A program made the translations under genes and the position numbers. From Candidatus Nezhaarchaeales archaeon (GTDB taxonomy: Archaea; Thermoproteota; Methanomethylicia; Nezhaarchaeales; WYZ-LMO8): DNA of 64,000 nucleotides. The notes below the pieces were generated by a model, which had not been told where the DNA came from, ran no database searches, and worked only from the letters and a program-made list of their open reading frames with translations. Below, one piece after another: positions 50,874-61,123 of this stretch. The first letter of the stretch is position 1; each line of letters begins with the position of its first letter. Where the stretch lies: the NCBI GenBank assembly GCA_038887515.1, contig JAWAKK010000002.1:1-64000 (forward strand), read 5' to 3'.

Positions 50874-52049
50874 CTATGGCACCTTAAATACTTCAGCTAA
50901 GTTCTTGAAGCCCCAATAGGCTTCTTCGTAAGCTCCGTACAACGGCCTCCCTAGGAAGGCGTTGAAGATCTCGTCTACCTTGCTCTTAGGATCTAAGTCT
51001 GCGAAGCTTTTCGGGTACAGCACCTTACCTATATAGTATGCATCAGCTAGGGCCACGGCTATGTTGGTATGATAGTAGTTGTAGGGAAGGATTCCATACA
51101 CATTACCTTCCCTAAAGGCGTTAAGTTGCAGGTACTTCGATGGATCCTTATCGAAGTCCTGCTTTACTATGTTCAAGTTCCCCTCGTCTATGAATATTAC
51201 TTCTGGCTGTTCTTTAAGCAAGAACTCAAAGTCCAAGCTTAAAAACCCTGAGCCCTTGGAGTAGCCGTCAGCAATCGACCGAGTATACAGTAGCGTAAGC
51301 GGCGGGAAGGGGGTTTGCGTAGCCGTAAAGGGTTGAGGTCCCCTATACGACACAGCCCCCACATACACCTTCGGTCTTTGCTCGATCCTCTCAGTCCTCA
51401 TCCTCAAATCTTCGACGAGCCCCTCCACGTAGCTTATTAACTCTTCAGCTCGCTCGCTCTTGTTTAAGGCCTTTCCAAGCATCCTTAGCGCTTTAGCGAA
51501 GCCATCGACGTCCAAGTAACCCGCCTGTCCATAGTCCACGACGACTACTTTAGCCTTAGTCTCCTTCTCAAGTTCGTCGGGATTATACAACTCGGCGTAA
51601 CTCCGGCTCATGATTATGAGGTCCGGTTCAACGCTCAATATGAGCTCCGGGTTTGGAGGCTTTCCAGGCCCTCCAGGGCCTATTACTGGTAGGCCTCTAA
51701 ATAGCTCTCCATAGGCCATAGCGTAGTCCCTCCCAGTAAAGCCCCACGTAATCTCGCTCTCTTCCACCCCAACGATCAAGTCGAGGGCGTTTAAGTAGCA
51801 TACTAAACGGAGCGCTCCAGGACCTATAGCCACTATACGCGTAACCCTTTCGGGTAAAGTAACGTTTCTACCCATAAAGTCGATTACGTAGTTGATGGTA
51901 GGAGTTTGGCTTTCCTGGTGGCCATACTCTGCCGAAGGCCTATTTAGCGGCTGGAAGAGGGTTAGCATAACTATGGCGGCGATGGCTACCGCGACTACTG
52001 TTAGAACGGCTACTTTAACTGTTGAAAAGCCCCGGCTCATGTTCCTCAC
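50874..52049 (-). CDS. Metal-chelate ABC substrate-binding protein
   Basis: DFMGRNVTLP, PELILSVEPDLI; N-terminal TM anchor. Confidence 0.88.
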   Translation of the reverse strand: MRNMSRGFSTVKVAVLTVVAVAIAAIVMLTLFQPLNRPSAEYGHQESQTPTINYVIDFMGRNVTLPERVTRIVAIGPGALRLVCYLNALDLIVGVEESEITWGFTGRDYAMAYGELFRGLPVIGPGGPGKPPNPELILSVEPDLIIMSRSYAELYNPDELEKETKAKVVVVDYGQAGYLDVDGFAKALRMLGKALNKSERAEELISYVEGLVEDLRMRTERIEQRPKVYVGAVSYRGPQPFTATQTPFPPLTLLYTRSIADGYSKGSGFLSLDFEFLLKEQPEVIFIDEGNLNIVKQDFDKDPSKYLQLNAFREGNVYGILPYNYYHTNIAVALADAYYIGKVLYPKSFADLDPKSKVDEIFNAFLGRPLYGAYEEAYWGFKNLAEVFKVP

Positions 52050-52714
52050 CTAACGTGCGGAACCTTGAAGTTCGGTACTATGCCTCTACCAACAACGGCT
52101 TCGCATTCACCCAAGCAACCTAAGCAAATGGGCTTCCCGTCGACTATCTTTACCCTAGTCTTCATCGCAAGCTCTCCACACTTTTCGCACCGAATACTTT
52201 CAAAGATAGGCGCTCTCTCGATCCCAGCTACCTTAACTTCCTCTATCTTGAACTCCTCTTCCGGGAGATCCTTCATGGAGTATGCTATCTTAGTCCATAT
52301 TTCCTGCAACTTCTTAACTTCATCAGGAGTACCTTCTCTCTTCACTACAACCTTCTCGAAGAGGGCCATAGCCTCCTTGCTAAAGTATTTATCAAGCCTC
52401 CCCCTATCTATGTAGACCCTAACGCCTTTCCAGTCCCTCCTCCTAACTAACGTGAGAGCGTTCTTGCCTAGATCCAAGTAGACGAGGCAGTTGTTCCCTA
52501 TGGTACAGCGGGTCGCCACTTGCACTCCGTCGGTAAAACAGTTGTTGCACTCTACGATGGCGAGGAGCTCTTCGCCGACCGTTTCTAGCGAGTTAGCCTG
52601 CTCTACGCCAAGCCTCTTCATAGCGATCTCGGATGCCCTCAAGCCTAAGACGAGGAAAGGGCATATGTGGCCATGTAGCTCCTTTGCTTTTAACATTAAT
52701 GTCTCGTCAACCAA
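52046..52714 (-). CDS. FmdE family protein with C-terminal Zn finger
   Basis: HGHICPFLVLG, CFTDGVQ, CTIGN, CEKCGE...CLGC. Confidence 0.9.
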   Translation of the reverse strand: MVDETLMLKAKELHGHICPFLVLGLRASEIAMKRLGVEQANSLETVGEELLAIVECNNCFTDGVQVATRCTIGNNCLVYLDLGKNALTLVRRRDWKGVRVYIDRGRLDKYFSKEAMALFEKVVVKREGTPDEVKKLQEIWTKIAYSMKDLPEEEFKIEEVKVAGIERAPIFESIRCEKCGELAMKTRVKIVDGKPICLGCLGECEAVVGRGIVPNFKVPHVR

Positions 52715-52849
52715 CCTCCATCACCATTATTACTGGAGCTTTAAAAAAGTAACACTATTGTAGTAATAAATTTTTCCAACAGTATTGACGACCCTTTAAG
52801 TTGGGTACAACTAAGTATTAAAGGGAGGTTAGCGGGACCGGAGCAACCC

Positions 52850-53803
52850 TTAAATCGTTAAGTAACGCCACGCCAACACGATTCCCAGGATAGATAGAGC
52901 CACAGCAAAGACGCCCAGATAGGCAAAGTCTAGCAATAATTTAGAGGTGTCTAGTGGAAGAATTGTCAGTTGCCTTATAGCATCGGTTAGGTATGAAAGG
53001 GGGTTTACGTTGACTATAGCCTGTAACCACTCCGGCATAAGCTTGCTTGGGAAGAATACGTTGCTGGCAAACATTAGAGGCATGGTTATGAGGCTTACGA
53101 ACTGCATTGGACGTTCCATTCTAGAGGACCTTATCGAGAAGGCTAGGAAGATTGCAGAGAGACTTACGCTCATAAGGAATATCGCTGCGTATATTCCTAA
53201 GATGTTGAGTAACGTGAACGTGCTGCTTAACTGCAATCCTAGGATGTAGGCCAACGCCAGTATTACTGTGGCTTGGAACATGGACCTAAGGGCCGTGTTA
53301 AGGATCTTCGCGAATATTACAGCTGCCCTCGAGACAGGAGTACTTATAACCTTATTTAAGAAGCCTAGACGTCGATCCCAGACTATTGACATTCCACTAA
53401 ACATCGACGTGGTCACGACTATCATTGAGACCATGCCTATAGACATAAAGCTAAAGTAATCTGCAACGCCGAACGAGCTTTGCATTATCCTTGAGCCCAA
53501 GTCTGCAAATACTTGCGAGAGGGCCGTGCCATTTAGCACTACGCTGGAAAGGCCTTGCGGGTGGAGAATAGCGCTACCTGGGATTAGCACTTGCTGCGGA
53601 ATGTTGATGTTGCTTGGTGAGAATAGCCCTCCTATGTTAAGCGCCTTGCCCAAGAGCCCCATCCATATGAAGGGTTGGAGTACGAACATCACTAACATTA
53701 CCGGGTCTTTAAGCCACTTTTTGAGTTCACGGCGCGTTAAAGCCCAAAGCCCTCTAAGGAAGCTTGGTTGATATTCGTTTAAGGTCTTCTTCTCAACGCT
53801 CAT
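52850..53803 (-). CDS. ABC-2 type permease (DrrB-like)
   Basis: RELKKW, DRRLGFL, P.WLQ...NPLSY. Confidence 0.9.
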   Translation of the reverse strand: MSVEKKTLNEYQPSFLRGLWALTRRELKKWLKDPVMLVMFVLQPFIWMGLLGKALNIGGLFSPSNINIPQQVLIPGSAILHPQGLSSVVLNGTALSQVFADLGSRIMQSSFGVADYFSFMSIGMVSMIVVTTSMFSGMSIVWDRRLGFLNKVISTPVSRAAVIFAKILNTALRSMFQATVILALAYILGLQLSSTFTLLNILGIYAAIFLMSVSLSAIFLAFSIRSSRMERPMQFVSLITMPLMFASNVFFPSKLMPEWLQAIVNVNPLSYLTDAIRQLTILPLDTSKLLLDFAYLGVFAVALSILGIVLAWRYLTI

Positions 53804-54795
53804 TTCCTAGCCCTCCTAACTATAAACATCTGTTTCATTATCTCCGCTTGAGAGCCCTCCACGTCGCGTAGCTTCCTCCCCGTGTACTCTAAGAAGACCT
53901 CATCCAACGTGGGCTTCGTGAGGGATAGCTTCGTTACCGTAAACCCTTTACTTCGTAATGCCTCAATTATGAGGGGTGCAGTTACTTCACCGTTCAAAGC
54001 CTTAATGCGGTAGCTATCGTTCTCCCTCTTTACCTCCTTTACGTTCTCGACGCTTTGAATTAATTCTATTACGTCCACGTCCTCCTTAATCGATATGGTG
54101 ATTATGTCTCCACCTAAGCTATCCTTAAGCTCATTGGGCGAGCCCATCGCAACTATTTTACCGCAGTCAATGATGGCTATTCGATCGCAGAGGGTATCTG
54201 CCTCCTCTAAGTAGTGGGTAGTCATGAATATCGTCATGTCGTACTCCTTCTTTAAGCGCCGAATATAGTCCCAAATAGCAACGCGAGTTTGTACGTCTAA
54301 ACCCAGAGTAGGTTCATCTAGGAACAAGACTTTAGGTCTATTTATGAGGCCGCACGCGAGCTCGAGTCTTCTCCTCATCCCGCCGGAATAAGTTTCAACC
54401 CTCTTATCCTTGAATTCTAGGAGGTTTACTAAGTCAAGTAGCTCTAGAGCCCGCTTCTTAGCTACGTCGCGTTGAATTCCATAAAGGTCCGCGCAGAGCA
54501 TAATGTTCTCGTAACCGGTTAAATCCTCATCGGCAGTGTACTCTTGGGGTACGACCCCTATGACCCTCCTGACCTCCTTGGCTTGCTTAACTATATCGTA
54601 ACCCAATACCTCAGCCGTACCCTCAGACGGCCTCAGAGTCGTCGTCAGCATGTTTATCGTGGTAGTTTTGCCGGCACCATTAGGCCCTAGGAAGCCAAAT
54701 ATCTCGCCTTCATGTACGCTGAAAGTCACGTGGTCGACGGCTACTAAGTTCTTGTTGAAGATCTTCGTTAAGCCCTTGGCCTCGATGACCTTCAA
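53800..54795 (-). CDS. ABC exporter ATPase (DrrA-like)
   Basis: GPNGAGKTT, YSGGMRRRLE, TTHYLEEA, PTLDEVF. Confidence 0.93.
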   Translation of the reverse strand: MKVIEAKGLTKIFNKNLVAVDHVTFSVHEGEIFGFLGPNGAGKTTTINMLTTTLRPSEGTAEVLGYDIVKQAKEVRRVIGVVPQEYTADEDLTGYENIMLCADLYGIQRDVAKKRALELLDLVNLLEFKDKRVETYSGGMRRRLELACGLINRPKVLFLDEPTLGLDVQTRVAIWDYIRRLKKEYDMTIFMTTHYLEEADTLCDRIAIIDCGKIVAMGSPNELKDSLGGDIITISIKEDVDVIELIQSVENVKEVKRENDSYRIKALNGEVTAPLIIEALRSKGFTVTKLSLTKPTLDEVFLEYTGRKLRDVEGSQAEIMKQMFIVRRARK

Positions 54796-55361
54796 GGCCT
54801 CTCACCTCTAACTCGCTTCTCTAGCTCTTCAAGCCGCCTCGCCGCTTCATTTAAAATATCTAAAGCGCGCCTTAGGGCTTCATCGCTAAAGCGCTCTCCA
54901 AGCGTTAGGCCTAAGCTAACTAGGGCTCTAAATAAGCGTCTTAGAGAGCCTCGAGCTTCCTCGGTCTTTTCTGGCGGTATTCGGAGCCAGAGCTCGCTTA
55001 TTAACGGTAGGACCAGGAACTTCCTGTCCATATGGAATTGAGCGAATATTCTACGCTGTTCCTCTAAGAAGAGCCTCCCCTTGTCCGTAAGGATGTAGCG
55101 CTTAACGCCCATCTCTTCCGTAGGTACTTCGCGTATGTAACCGTTATCCTGTAGCCAAGCTAGTAGAGGGTAAACTGAGCCTGGACTGGGTCTCCAGCAG
55201 CCGTTAGTACGTCTCTCTATTTCATTCATGATCTCCGAACCAGACATGGGCTTCTCGCTTAAGAGCTCAAGTACTTGATATCGTAGAAATCCCTTCGGTA
55301 CTGTGGCTGTATGCCTTAACAGGTGCCTGTACATGGGGAGGTGGAAGCTATTGTCAAACAT
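54792..55361 (-). CDS. PadR family transcriptional regulator
   Basis: WRPSPGSVYPLL..L, YILTDKG. Confidence 0.92.
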   Translation of the reverse strand: MFDNSFHLPMYRHLLRHTATVPKGFLRYQVLELLSEKPMSGSEIMNEIERRTNGCWRPSPGSVYPLLAWLQDNGYIREVPTEEMGVKRYILTDKGRLFLEEQRRIFAQFHMDRKFLVLPLISELWLRIPPEKTEEARGSLRRLFRALVSLGLTLGERFSDEALRRALDILNEAARRLEELEKRVRGERP

Positions 55362-55364
55362 TTT

Positions 55365-55392
55365 ATATCACTGTTGATATCGAAGTTGATAT
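55365..55392. promoter_or_regulatory. Tandem overlapping inverted repeats at the padR start (probable auto-operator)
   Basis: ATATCA-ctgt-TGATAT (55365-55380) and ATATCG-aagt-TGATAT (55377-55392), between the TATA-like element and the ATG. Confidence 0.6.
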
Positions 55393-55646
55393 AAGAGGAT
55401 TATATAAATGTTGCTCCCAAAAATGGAAGATTAAACTTTTACTTTGTCGGATAGTAACGGTACTTCTTTTATGGTAGCGAAAAGGGGCTTATGAAGGTTC
55501 TAAACCTACAATTAGCGTGGAAAGAGAGCTTAAGAGGCGTAGAGCCTTGATGATAATCATTAATTACTGCGTGCGCCTCCATAAATCGCTAAGGATCATG
55601 CTTTTAGGTAAACTATTTATTTAGCTAACTTATTTGTTTATCTTAT

Positions 55647-56384
55647 ATGTGGATGCCTCGATGGCTTGGCGAGATATACTCTAAGCTTTATGCTAAGTTT
55701 TGGATCGACGTCTTTACGTTTAATCAAGCTAGAGAGTATTCAGGTATTGAAAAGAGTATCCTCAACGTTGCCTTCAGTAAGCTCCACTCTTTAAGGGCTC
55801 TCTACATACATAGCAGGACCAAACCTAGGCTCTATAGGCTCATTAGACCTGAAAGTTTTGTTTTGATGTGCTCCAACGTCATTAAGAACATTAACGCCAT
55901 AAGGCAGGAGCGCTATCTACAATTGATATGCGATGTTGCTAAGGAACTTATTCGTGGATATAGTGATTGCTCGATATGCATCTACGGCTCAGTTGCTCGC
56001 GGAGTTGCGCGGCCCGAAAGTGACTTAGACATTCTAGTAGTCTCTGACAGCTTTAAGGGTCCCAAGACTAAGAGGGTTGAGGAGCTATGCCTCATAGAGG
56101 AACGAGTAGCCGACGAGATTAAGAGACTTAGGAGCTACGGTATCTACACGAGCCTTAGCTTCTATCCTCTTAGGAGGGATGAAGTACTTAGGTTCCCGCC
56201 GGTAATGTTGGATATAGTAGTCGACGGCATAGTGATATGCGATAACGGTTTCCTTGAAAAAGCCATGCCAATTATGAGAGAGAAAATGAACAGGCTTGGA
56301 GCTAAGCGCGTCGTATTGAAAGATGGTTCTTGGTACTGGGATTTAAAGCCCGATTACAGGTTCGGTGAGGTCGTAGAGCTATGA
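55647..56384 (+). CDS. MNT nucleotidyltransferase with N-terminal wHTH-like extension (antitoxin)
   Basis: IYGSVARG...SDLDILVV, WYWDLKP. Confidence 0.88.
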   Translation: MWMPRWLGEIYSKLYAKFWIDVFTFNQAREYSGIEKSILNVAFSKLHSLRALYIHSRTKPRLYRLIRPESFVLMCSNVIKNINAIRQERYLQLICDVAKELIRGYSDCSICIYGSVARGVARPESDLDILVVSDSFKGPKTKRVEELCLIEERVADEIKRLRSYGIYTSLSFYPLRRDEVLRFPPVMLDIVVDGIVICDNGFLEKAMPIMREKMNRLGAKRVVLKDGSWYWDLKPDYRFGEVVEL

Positions 56385-56818
56385 TGCTAATCAAGATGGC
56401 TGAAGCTTACTTAAGGCAAGCTAGCGCTAGGATTAAGGATTCTAGGGAGGCGTTGAACGATGGTCTCTACGCATATGCCTTAAGGTTATCTCAAGAGGCT
56501 ATAGAGCTATCGCTAAAAGCGGCGTTGAAGCTTGTAGCCATTGAATATCCAAAGAAACACGATGTATCCGACGTGCTCCTCGAAGTCAAAGATAGGTTTC
56601 CTGAATGGTTTAGAAACGAGGTTCGGACAATTGCCGATATATCGAGAAAGCTTGCAGCTAAGAGAGAGGTGTGCATGTACGGAGACGAAGAGACATTTAT
56701 GTCGCCGGACGAAACGGTAAGCGCTGAAGAAGCATTAAAGGCAGTAAAGGAAGCGGAAATGACTTACGATCTTTGCAAACGCCTCCTTGACGAGGTTAAA
56801 TCATGCGTCAAGGCATAA
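56381..56818 (+). CDS. HEPN domain protein
   Basis: QEAIELSLKA, PKKHD, REVCMYG; ATGA overlap with MNT. Confidence 0.9.
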   Translation: MMLIKMAEAYLRQASARIKDSREALNDGLYAYALRLSQEAIELSLKAALKLVAIEYPKKHDVSDVLLEVKDRFPEWFRNEVRTIADISRKLAAKREVCMYGDEETFMSPDETVSAEEALKAVKEAEMTYDLCKRLLDEVKSCVKA

Positions 56819-56900
56819 CCGTAATCTCTTCAACTTAAGCGGGCCGAGTAAAGACTCTTTCTATGCTAAGACAATTTTATAAACGGTCGCTCTACATGAA

Positions 56901-57518
56901 ATGTCAGTTGTACTACAATCAAGCGGTGTCGAACCGATGGAGCCTATAGAGCCTAGGCCTTTAACTAGGAGAGGTGTAGCGTTGGCATGGTTGATAGTGC
57001 TTGAGCTCATCGTTATTTGGGTGCTTGCAATCTACTCCTACCTTACGCTCCCCCAGGTTGTTCCAGTCCACTTTGGATGGAATGGAGAGCCTACGAGGTA
57101 CGGTGAAAAAATTGAACTTCTATTTTTAGCTGTACCATTAAGCATAGCTCCAAGCATATTCCTCTTAATCACGAAATATAGGTTTACCTTGATAAATAAG
57201 TACTCGTACTTAGTTAACCTTCCAGCCTTCTTTACTTACATAACTAAAATTCCTAAAGAGAGGAGGAGTTTATGGGTGAACAGGTACTTTGAGTCCCTAT
57301 TAGCGTTTGGGGCAGCCATAACTTTCTTCTTATTATTAATAGAGTACGAAGTATACCTCAGCGCCCTTCAGGGTAGGGTTCATCCTTGGCTCGTTTTTGT
57401 ACCGCTAACGATCGTAGGCTCCATAATCCCATTAATATTTTACTTGCGAAGACTATCACAAGAAATGAAGTTAGAGGCGGAGGGCGCATTAAGCCGTAAA
57501 ATTTCACGTGCTGTGTAA
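56901..57518 (+). CDS. DUF1648 membrane protein
   Basis: LPQVVPVHFGWNGEP..YG; four TM segments. Confidence 0.8.
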   Translation: MSVVLQSSGVEPMEPIEPRPLTRRGVALAWLIVLELIVIWVLAIYSYLTLPQVVPVHFGWNGEPTRYGEKIELLFLAVPLSIAPSIFLLITKYRFTLINKYSYLVNLPAFFTYITKIPKERRSLWVNRYFESLLAFGAAITFFLLLIEYEVYLSALQGRVHPWLVFVPLTIVGSIIPLIFYLRRLSQEMKLEAEGALSRKISRAV

Positions 57519-57669
57519 GTCGCCAGCATATTGTCCGTTCACGGTGAGAAAGTGTTTTATACAGCTTGAGCGCGCGGGGTGTGCTACTTCACGTTTATCG
57601 TTAAGTATCATAGTGGACGGGCTATAGAAGGAGATAAGTTTTTGAAATTTTGCTTGGCTACTGTGATAT

Positions 57670-58059
57670 ATGGACACTATCGGGTACCATTATGTTGTTG
57701 AAGCGTCTGGCTGCGACCCAGAAGTGCTTGGAAGCGTCGATAAGCTGAGAGAAATACTAACGAGGGCAGCTAAGAATGCAAAAATGGATGTGAAAGGTAG
57801 CTACTTTTTCAAGTTCACTCCAACAGGCGTTAGCGGGACGTTAATTGTCGCGATGTCGCATATATCAATCCATACGTGGCCAGAATACGGCTACGCAGCC
57901 CTAGACGTCTACGTCTGCGGACTAGGTTCAGATTCTGAAAAAGCTGTTTCCGAAATACTTTCCGGGTTAAAAGCCAAGCACGCCCACATCACGGAAATTC
58001 AGCGAGGAGTGAGAGACAACGGCGAGTTCACGCACACAATCGTAACTTGGGAAGAGTGA
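57670..58059 (+). CDS. speD: Pyruvoyl-dependent S-adenosylmethionine decarboxylase family proenzyme
   Basis: F.P.GVSG, SHISIHTWPEYGYAALDVY.CG. Confidence 0.8.
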   Translation: MDTIGYHYVVEASGCDPEVLGSVDKLREILTRAAKNAKMDVKGSYFFKFTPTGVSGTLIVAMSHISIHTWPEYGYAALDVYVCGLGSDSEKAVSEILSGLKAKHAHITEIQRGVRDNGEFTHTIVTWEE

Positions 58060-58238
58060 GTCTTCGACAGTACGTGTACGCATAACAAGCTTAGCGCCTT
58101 GCAAGTATAGCTTAGAGAAGTTAACCGTAAAGTCCTTTAGGCTTCTAAATTGCTTGCCTTGCTTAAGTCGTTCGGTCAAAACACTAATCTATGTTCTAAG
58201 AGCCTGAATGCAGGAAACAATTCTGGGGCTAGGGCTTC

Positions 58239-58727
58239 CTAGCCTCCGGGAGCTCCATGCCAAGGGCTATCGCGCCATATTATATCCCATAGAAGTTCTT
58301 CGGTTAAAGTCTCGATCTTGGCTATCTTGTCTCTAATATTCAGCAAGAGCTTATGGTGCTTAACCTCGTCTTCGCGTAGGGGTTCTAAAATTACCTTGAG
58401 CCTAGGATCGTTAGTTGCATTCATAAGTTCATTAACTACCTTAATCATTTCCTCTTCGATTTTAATGTGCTTCTCTATTTCTTTAGTTATGAGTTCTAAA
58501 TCCTCTTCAGGCATTAATGGTGATCGCATCGAGGTCAACTTTAGCATAGCCTTGTAAAACATGTCATGCTTCGCACTATCGCCCGCAATGGCAATTAAGG
58601 GACTTTTAAGGACCGGGTGGCTTAGCTTTAGGGCCAGTGCTCCTAGACTTTTAGAATACGCTAGTTCCTTCTTGGCTATGCTCTTAAACGTAGACTTCAT
58701 TTCTTCTAAATTATGCATAGACCTCAA
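58239..58727 (-). CDS. Ferritin-like/rubrerythrin-family protein
   Basis: E...DSAKH and E...DEVKHH pairs. Confidence 0.7.
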   Translation of the reverse strand: MRSMHNLEEMKSTFKSIAKKELAYSKSLGALALKLSHPVLKSPLIAIAGDSAKHDMFYKAMLKLTSMRSPLMPEEDLELITKEIEKHIKIEEEMIKVVNELMNATNDPRLKVILEPLREDEVKHHKLLLNIRDKIAKIETLTEELLWDIIWRDSPWHGAPGG

Positions 58728-59278
58728 TACTATAGTTCAACTTACAAGGGTAAATATGGCTATCCCAAGCTAGTTCAAAGCAATTTAACGCCTATACTGT
58801 CGAATTATGTAGCTCATTAAAGCTAGGGCACGACGCTAGCTGTCTAGAAGACTTTGAGTTAGCGAATGGCCTCTAAGATACTCACAAGCCCTGTGCGAAG
58901 CTGAAGCCATACTTTCGAGGTAATACCGTAATACCCAAGTTTAAAAGATATACTCGAAGCCTGGCATTAAGAAAGTTAAAGTTGAGGAGGAATCTGTGTG
59001 AACTTAAGCGAATTATTGGTATTTTTGATTCCGTTATTACTCTTGATACTTGGCTTCCTAGCTTCACTTAAGAGAACGTAGAGCTCCTTGCACGCGCTTC
59101 GGCAATGAAGTCCAAGTAACTTCTCCGTTAAGTGTGGCGGAGTATCTCACATTGTTTTATAGATGCTACAAAGTAAAAGTAGCCTTAATTCTATTACGAT
59201 TTACGTCCAAAGATCGTGAACTTTGATGTTAGGAGTCTCGAGCGTATAGCCGTGAAGGATTGTGTGCATAACAGGTCG

Positions 59279-60055
59279 CTAGAAGTTTAGCATCCTCTTC
59301 GCGTTTACGTAAGCTATTTTCTCCACTATTTTCTCTTTCAAGCCCTTGTTTAGTAGATAGTTTACGCAATTGTAGACAACTAAGGGTTCTGAAGGTTCTC
59401 TTCTACAGTCGCTGTTTAAAACCATGCGATCTACGAGGTCCTCGTAATTTTTTAGTGTCTCTAACACGTCCATGTGGGTAAGCTTCTCCTCCTGTATTGT
59501 TAAGCCTATGCCGTACCTCGCGATATTTGGTGACAATTCATCGAGCGCTTCTTTATTTAAATGGTTTATAATCACTAAGCCTTCGCTTATACCAGAGCTC
59601 TCTACGATCTTAAGAAGCTTCTTAACTATAACAAGCTTATTTCTCCTAGGTGAATGTAGGATGACAGACCTATCAGACCTCTTCACTATTCTGAGTTGTT
59701 CCCTTAAAACTTCGACTTCGACCTCGCTACCCAGCTCAAGGCCTACTTCGCCGAGGATTGCATAGCTGTAAGCTTTAAGGATCTCTTCTATGTAGCTGAG
59801 AGCTTCTCTCCAATCGCTAGGTATGTTCCTTGGATGTATTCCTAGACCTACTATAGCCCTTAATCCTAGGCTCGTAACTCTCTTGTATTCGTCGTCGAGA
59901 AGCCAGCGATATAGGTCTATGAGGGATGCGTGGTTCATTGGCTTTACGGGCATATACGACAGTACTGCAACTCCGTAGAACCCCCATCGCCTTAACTTGA
60001 GGAGAGTATTGTAGTTGCTGAATTGGTGGTGCGTATGGGGATCTACCCAGAGCAA
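59279..60055 (-). CDS. TatD-related amidohydrolase-fold protein
   Basis: DPHTH, GIHP, LGEVGLE, LHSPR, LNSD. Confidence 0.85.
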   Translation of the reverse strand: MLWVDPHTHHQFSNYNTLLKLRRWGFYGVAVLSYMPVKPMNHASLIDLYRWLLDDEYKRVTSLGLRAIVGLGIHPRNIPSDWREALSYIEEILKAYSYAILGEVGLELGSEVEVEVLREQLRIVKRSDRSVILHSPRRNKLVIVKKLLKIVESSGISEGLVIINHLNKEALDELSPNIARYGIGLTIQEEKLTHMDVLETLKNYEDLVDRMVLNSDCRREPSEPLVVYNCVNYLLNKGLKEKIVEKIAYVNAKRMLNF

Positions 60056-60254
60056 AGGTACCTACCGGAGTCTCAAAGATGGGGGAATCGTATTTTGAAT
60101 TAGCTCGTTAAAGATCTGGTAGCAGTTATCTCTAGAGCGGACTCTCGATGAAGCGATAAACCCTGCTAGCCGTAGACGCGCGGTCTCACCATAATAGCTA
60201 ACCACTGGGTCCTGCAACGTAGAAGTATTTGGAGTTACAGATGATCCACTAGGC

Positions 60255-60525
60255 TTAGGGCTCCGGTTCTAAGATGACTGCTGTACCGTAAGTCGATATC
60301 TCGGCAGCCCCGCCATTACGGCTACTGTAGCAAACCTCATAGCTATAACTGCGTTAGCCCCCATGCTTTTGGCCTTTTCAACCATTCCCTTTAAAGCTTC
60401 GTCCCTCGATTGAGCTAAGAGTTCCGTATACTCTTTAATCTCGCCGCCAACTATGTTCCTTAAGCCTGCCACCGTGTCGAGCCGGGCACATATTCCATCG
60501 TGGTAACTATGACGTCATTAAACAT
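60255..60525 (-). pseudogene. YbjQ/UPF0145 family pseudogene
   Basis: IVTTMEYVPG / AGLRNIVGGEIKEYT...GANAVIAMRF / AAEISTYGTAVI in different frames; internal deletion plus 1-nt frameshift. Confidence 0.8.
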
Positions 60526-60624
60526 CAGTGCCACCGCGACTTGCATCGGCGAAGTTAACATTTATTAATTACGCCATTACCAGATATCCCACCATTCAAA
60601 TGCTGAAGTAGAGGAGGAATAACC

Positions 60625-61071
60625 TTGTCTTCAAGTGTTAAGGAAAGTCCTTGTAGGGTGGAGGAGAGGAAAGTCCTTTTTGTATGCATAGGAAACTCCT
60701 TTAGAAGCCAAATTGCTGAAGCGTACTTCAACTCTATGGCTCCGCCTGGGTGTAGAGCCATTAGCGCTGGTGTTAAGCCGGCGATAAGCGTTCACCCTAA
60801 CGCTATAAAACTAATGGCCGAAGAGGGCATAGACATCTCTAGGAGTAAGCCTAAACCTCTTACGGAGGAGGCGAAGAAGGCTGACATAGTTGTCATAGTT
60901 TGCGATGAGTTAGAGAAGGAGTGTCCAGTTATCTACGCGAAGCGCTTAGAGCATTGGAGACTGCCCGATCCAGCCAAGATGTGCTTAGAAGATGCAAGGA
61001 AAGTAAGAGACACCATCAAACGTAAGGTAGTAGAACTAATAGAAGAGATTACCCACGAAGGGCTCTCTTGA
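60625..61071 (+). CDS. arsC: LMW phosphatase/ArsC family arsenate reductase
   Basis: LFVCIGNSFRSQIAE, SAG, W.LPDP. Confidence 0.85.
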   Translation: MSSSVKESPCRVEERKVLFVCIGNSFRSQIAEAYFNSMAPPGCRAISAGVKPAISVHPNAIKLMAEEGIDISRSKPKPLTEEAKKADIVVIVCDELEKECPVIYAKRLEHWRLPDPAKMCLEDARKVRDTIKRKVVELIEEITHEGLS

Positions 61072-61123
61072 ACGTCAATTAAACTAGTGGCGCTTGGCGA
61101 ATATAACTTGAGCAGGAAAAAAA

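Noticed and set aside
60255-60525. ybjQ frame breaks as splice sites
   Set aside because: They are deletions, not insertions, and have no hairpin; ordinary pseudogene decay
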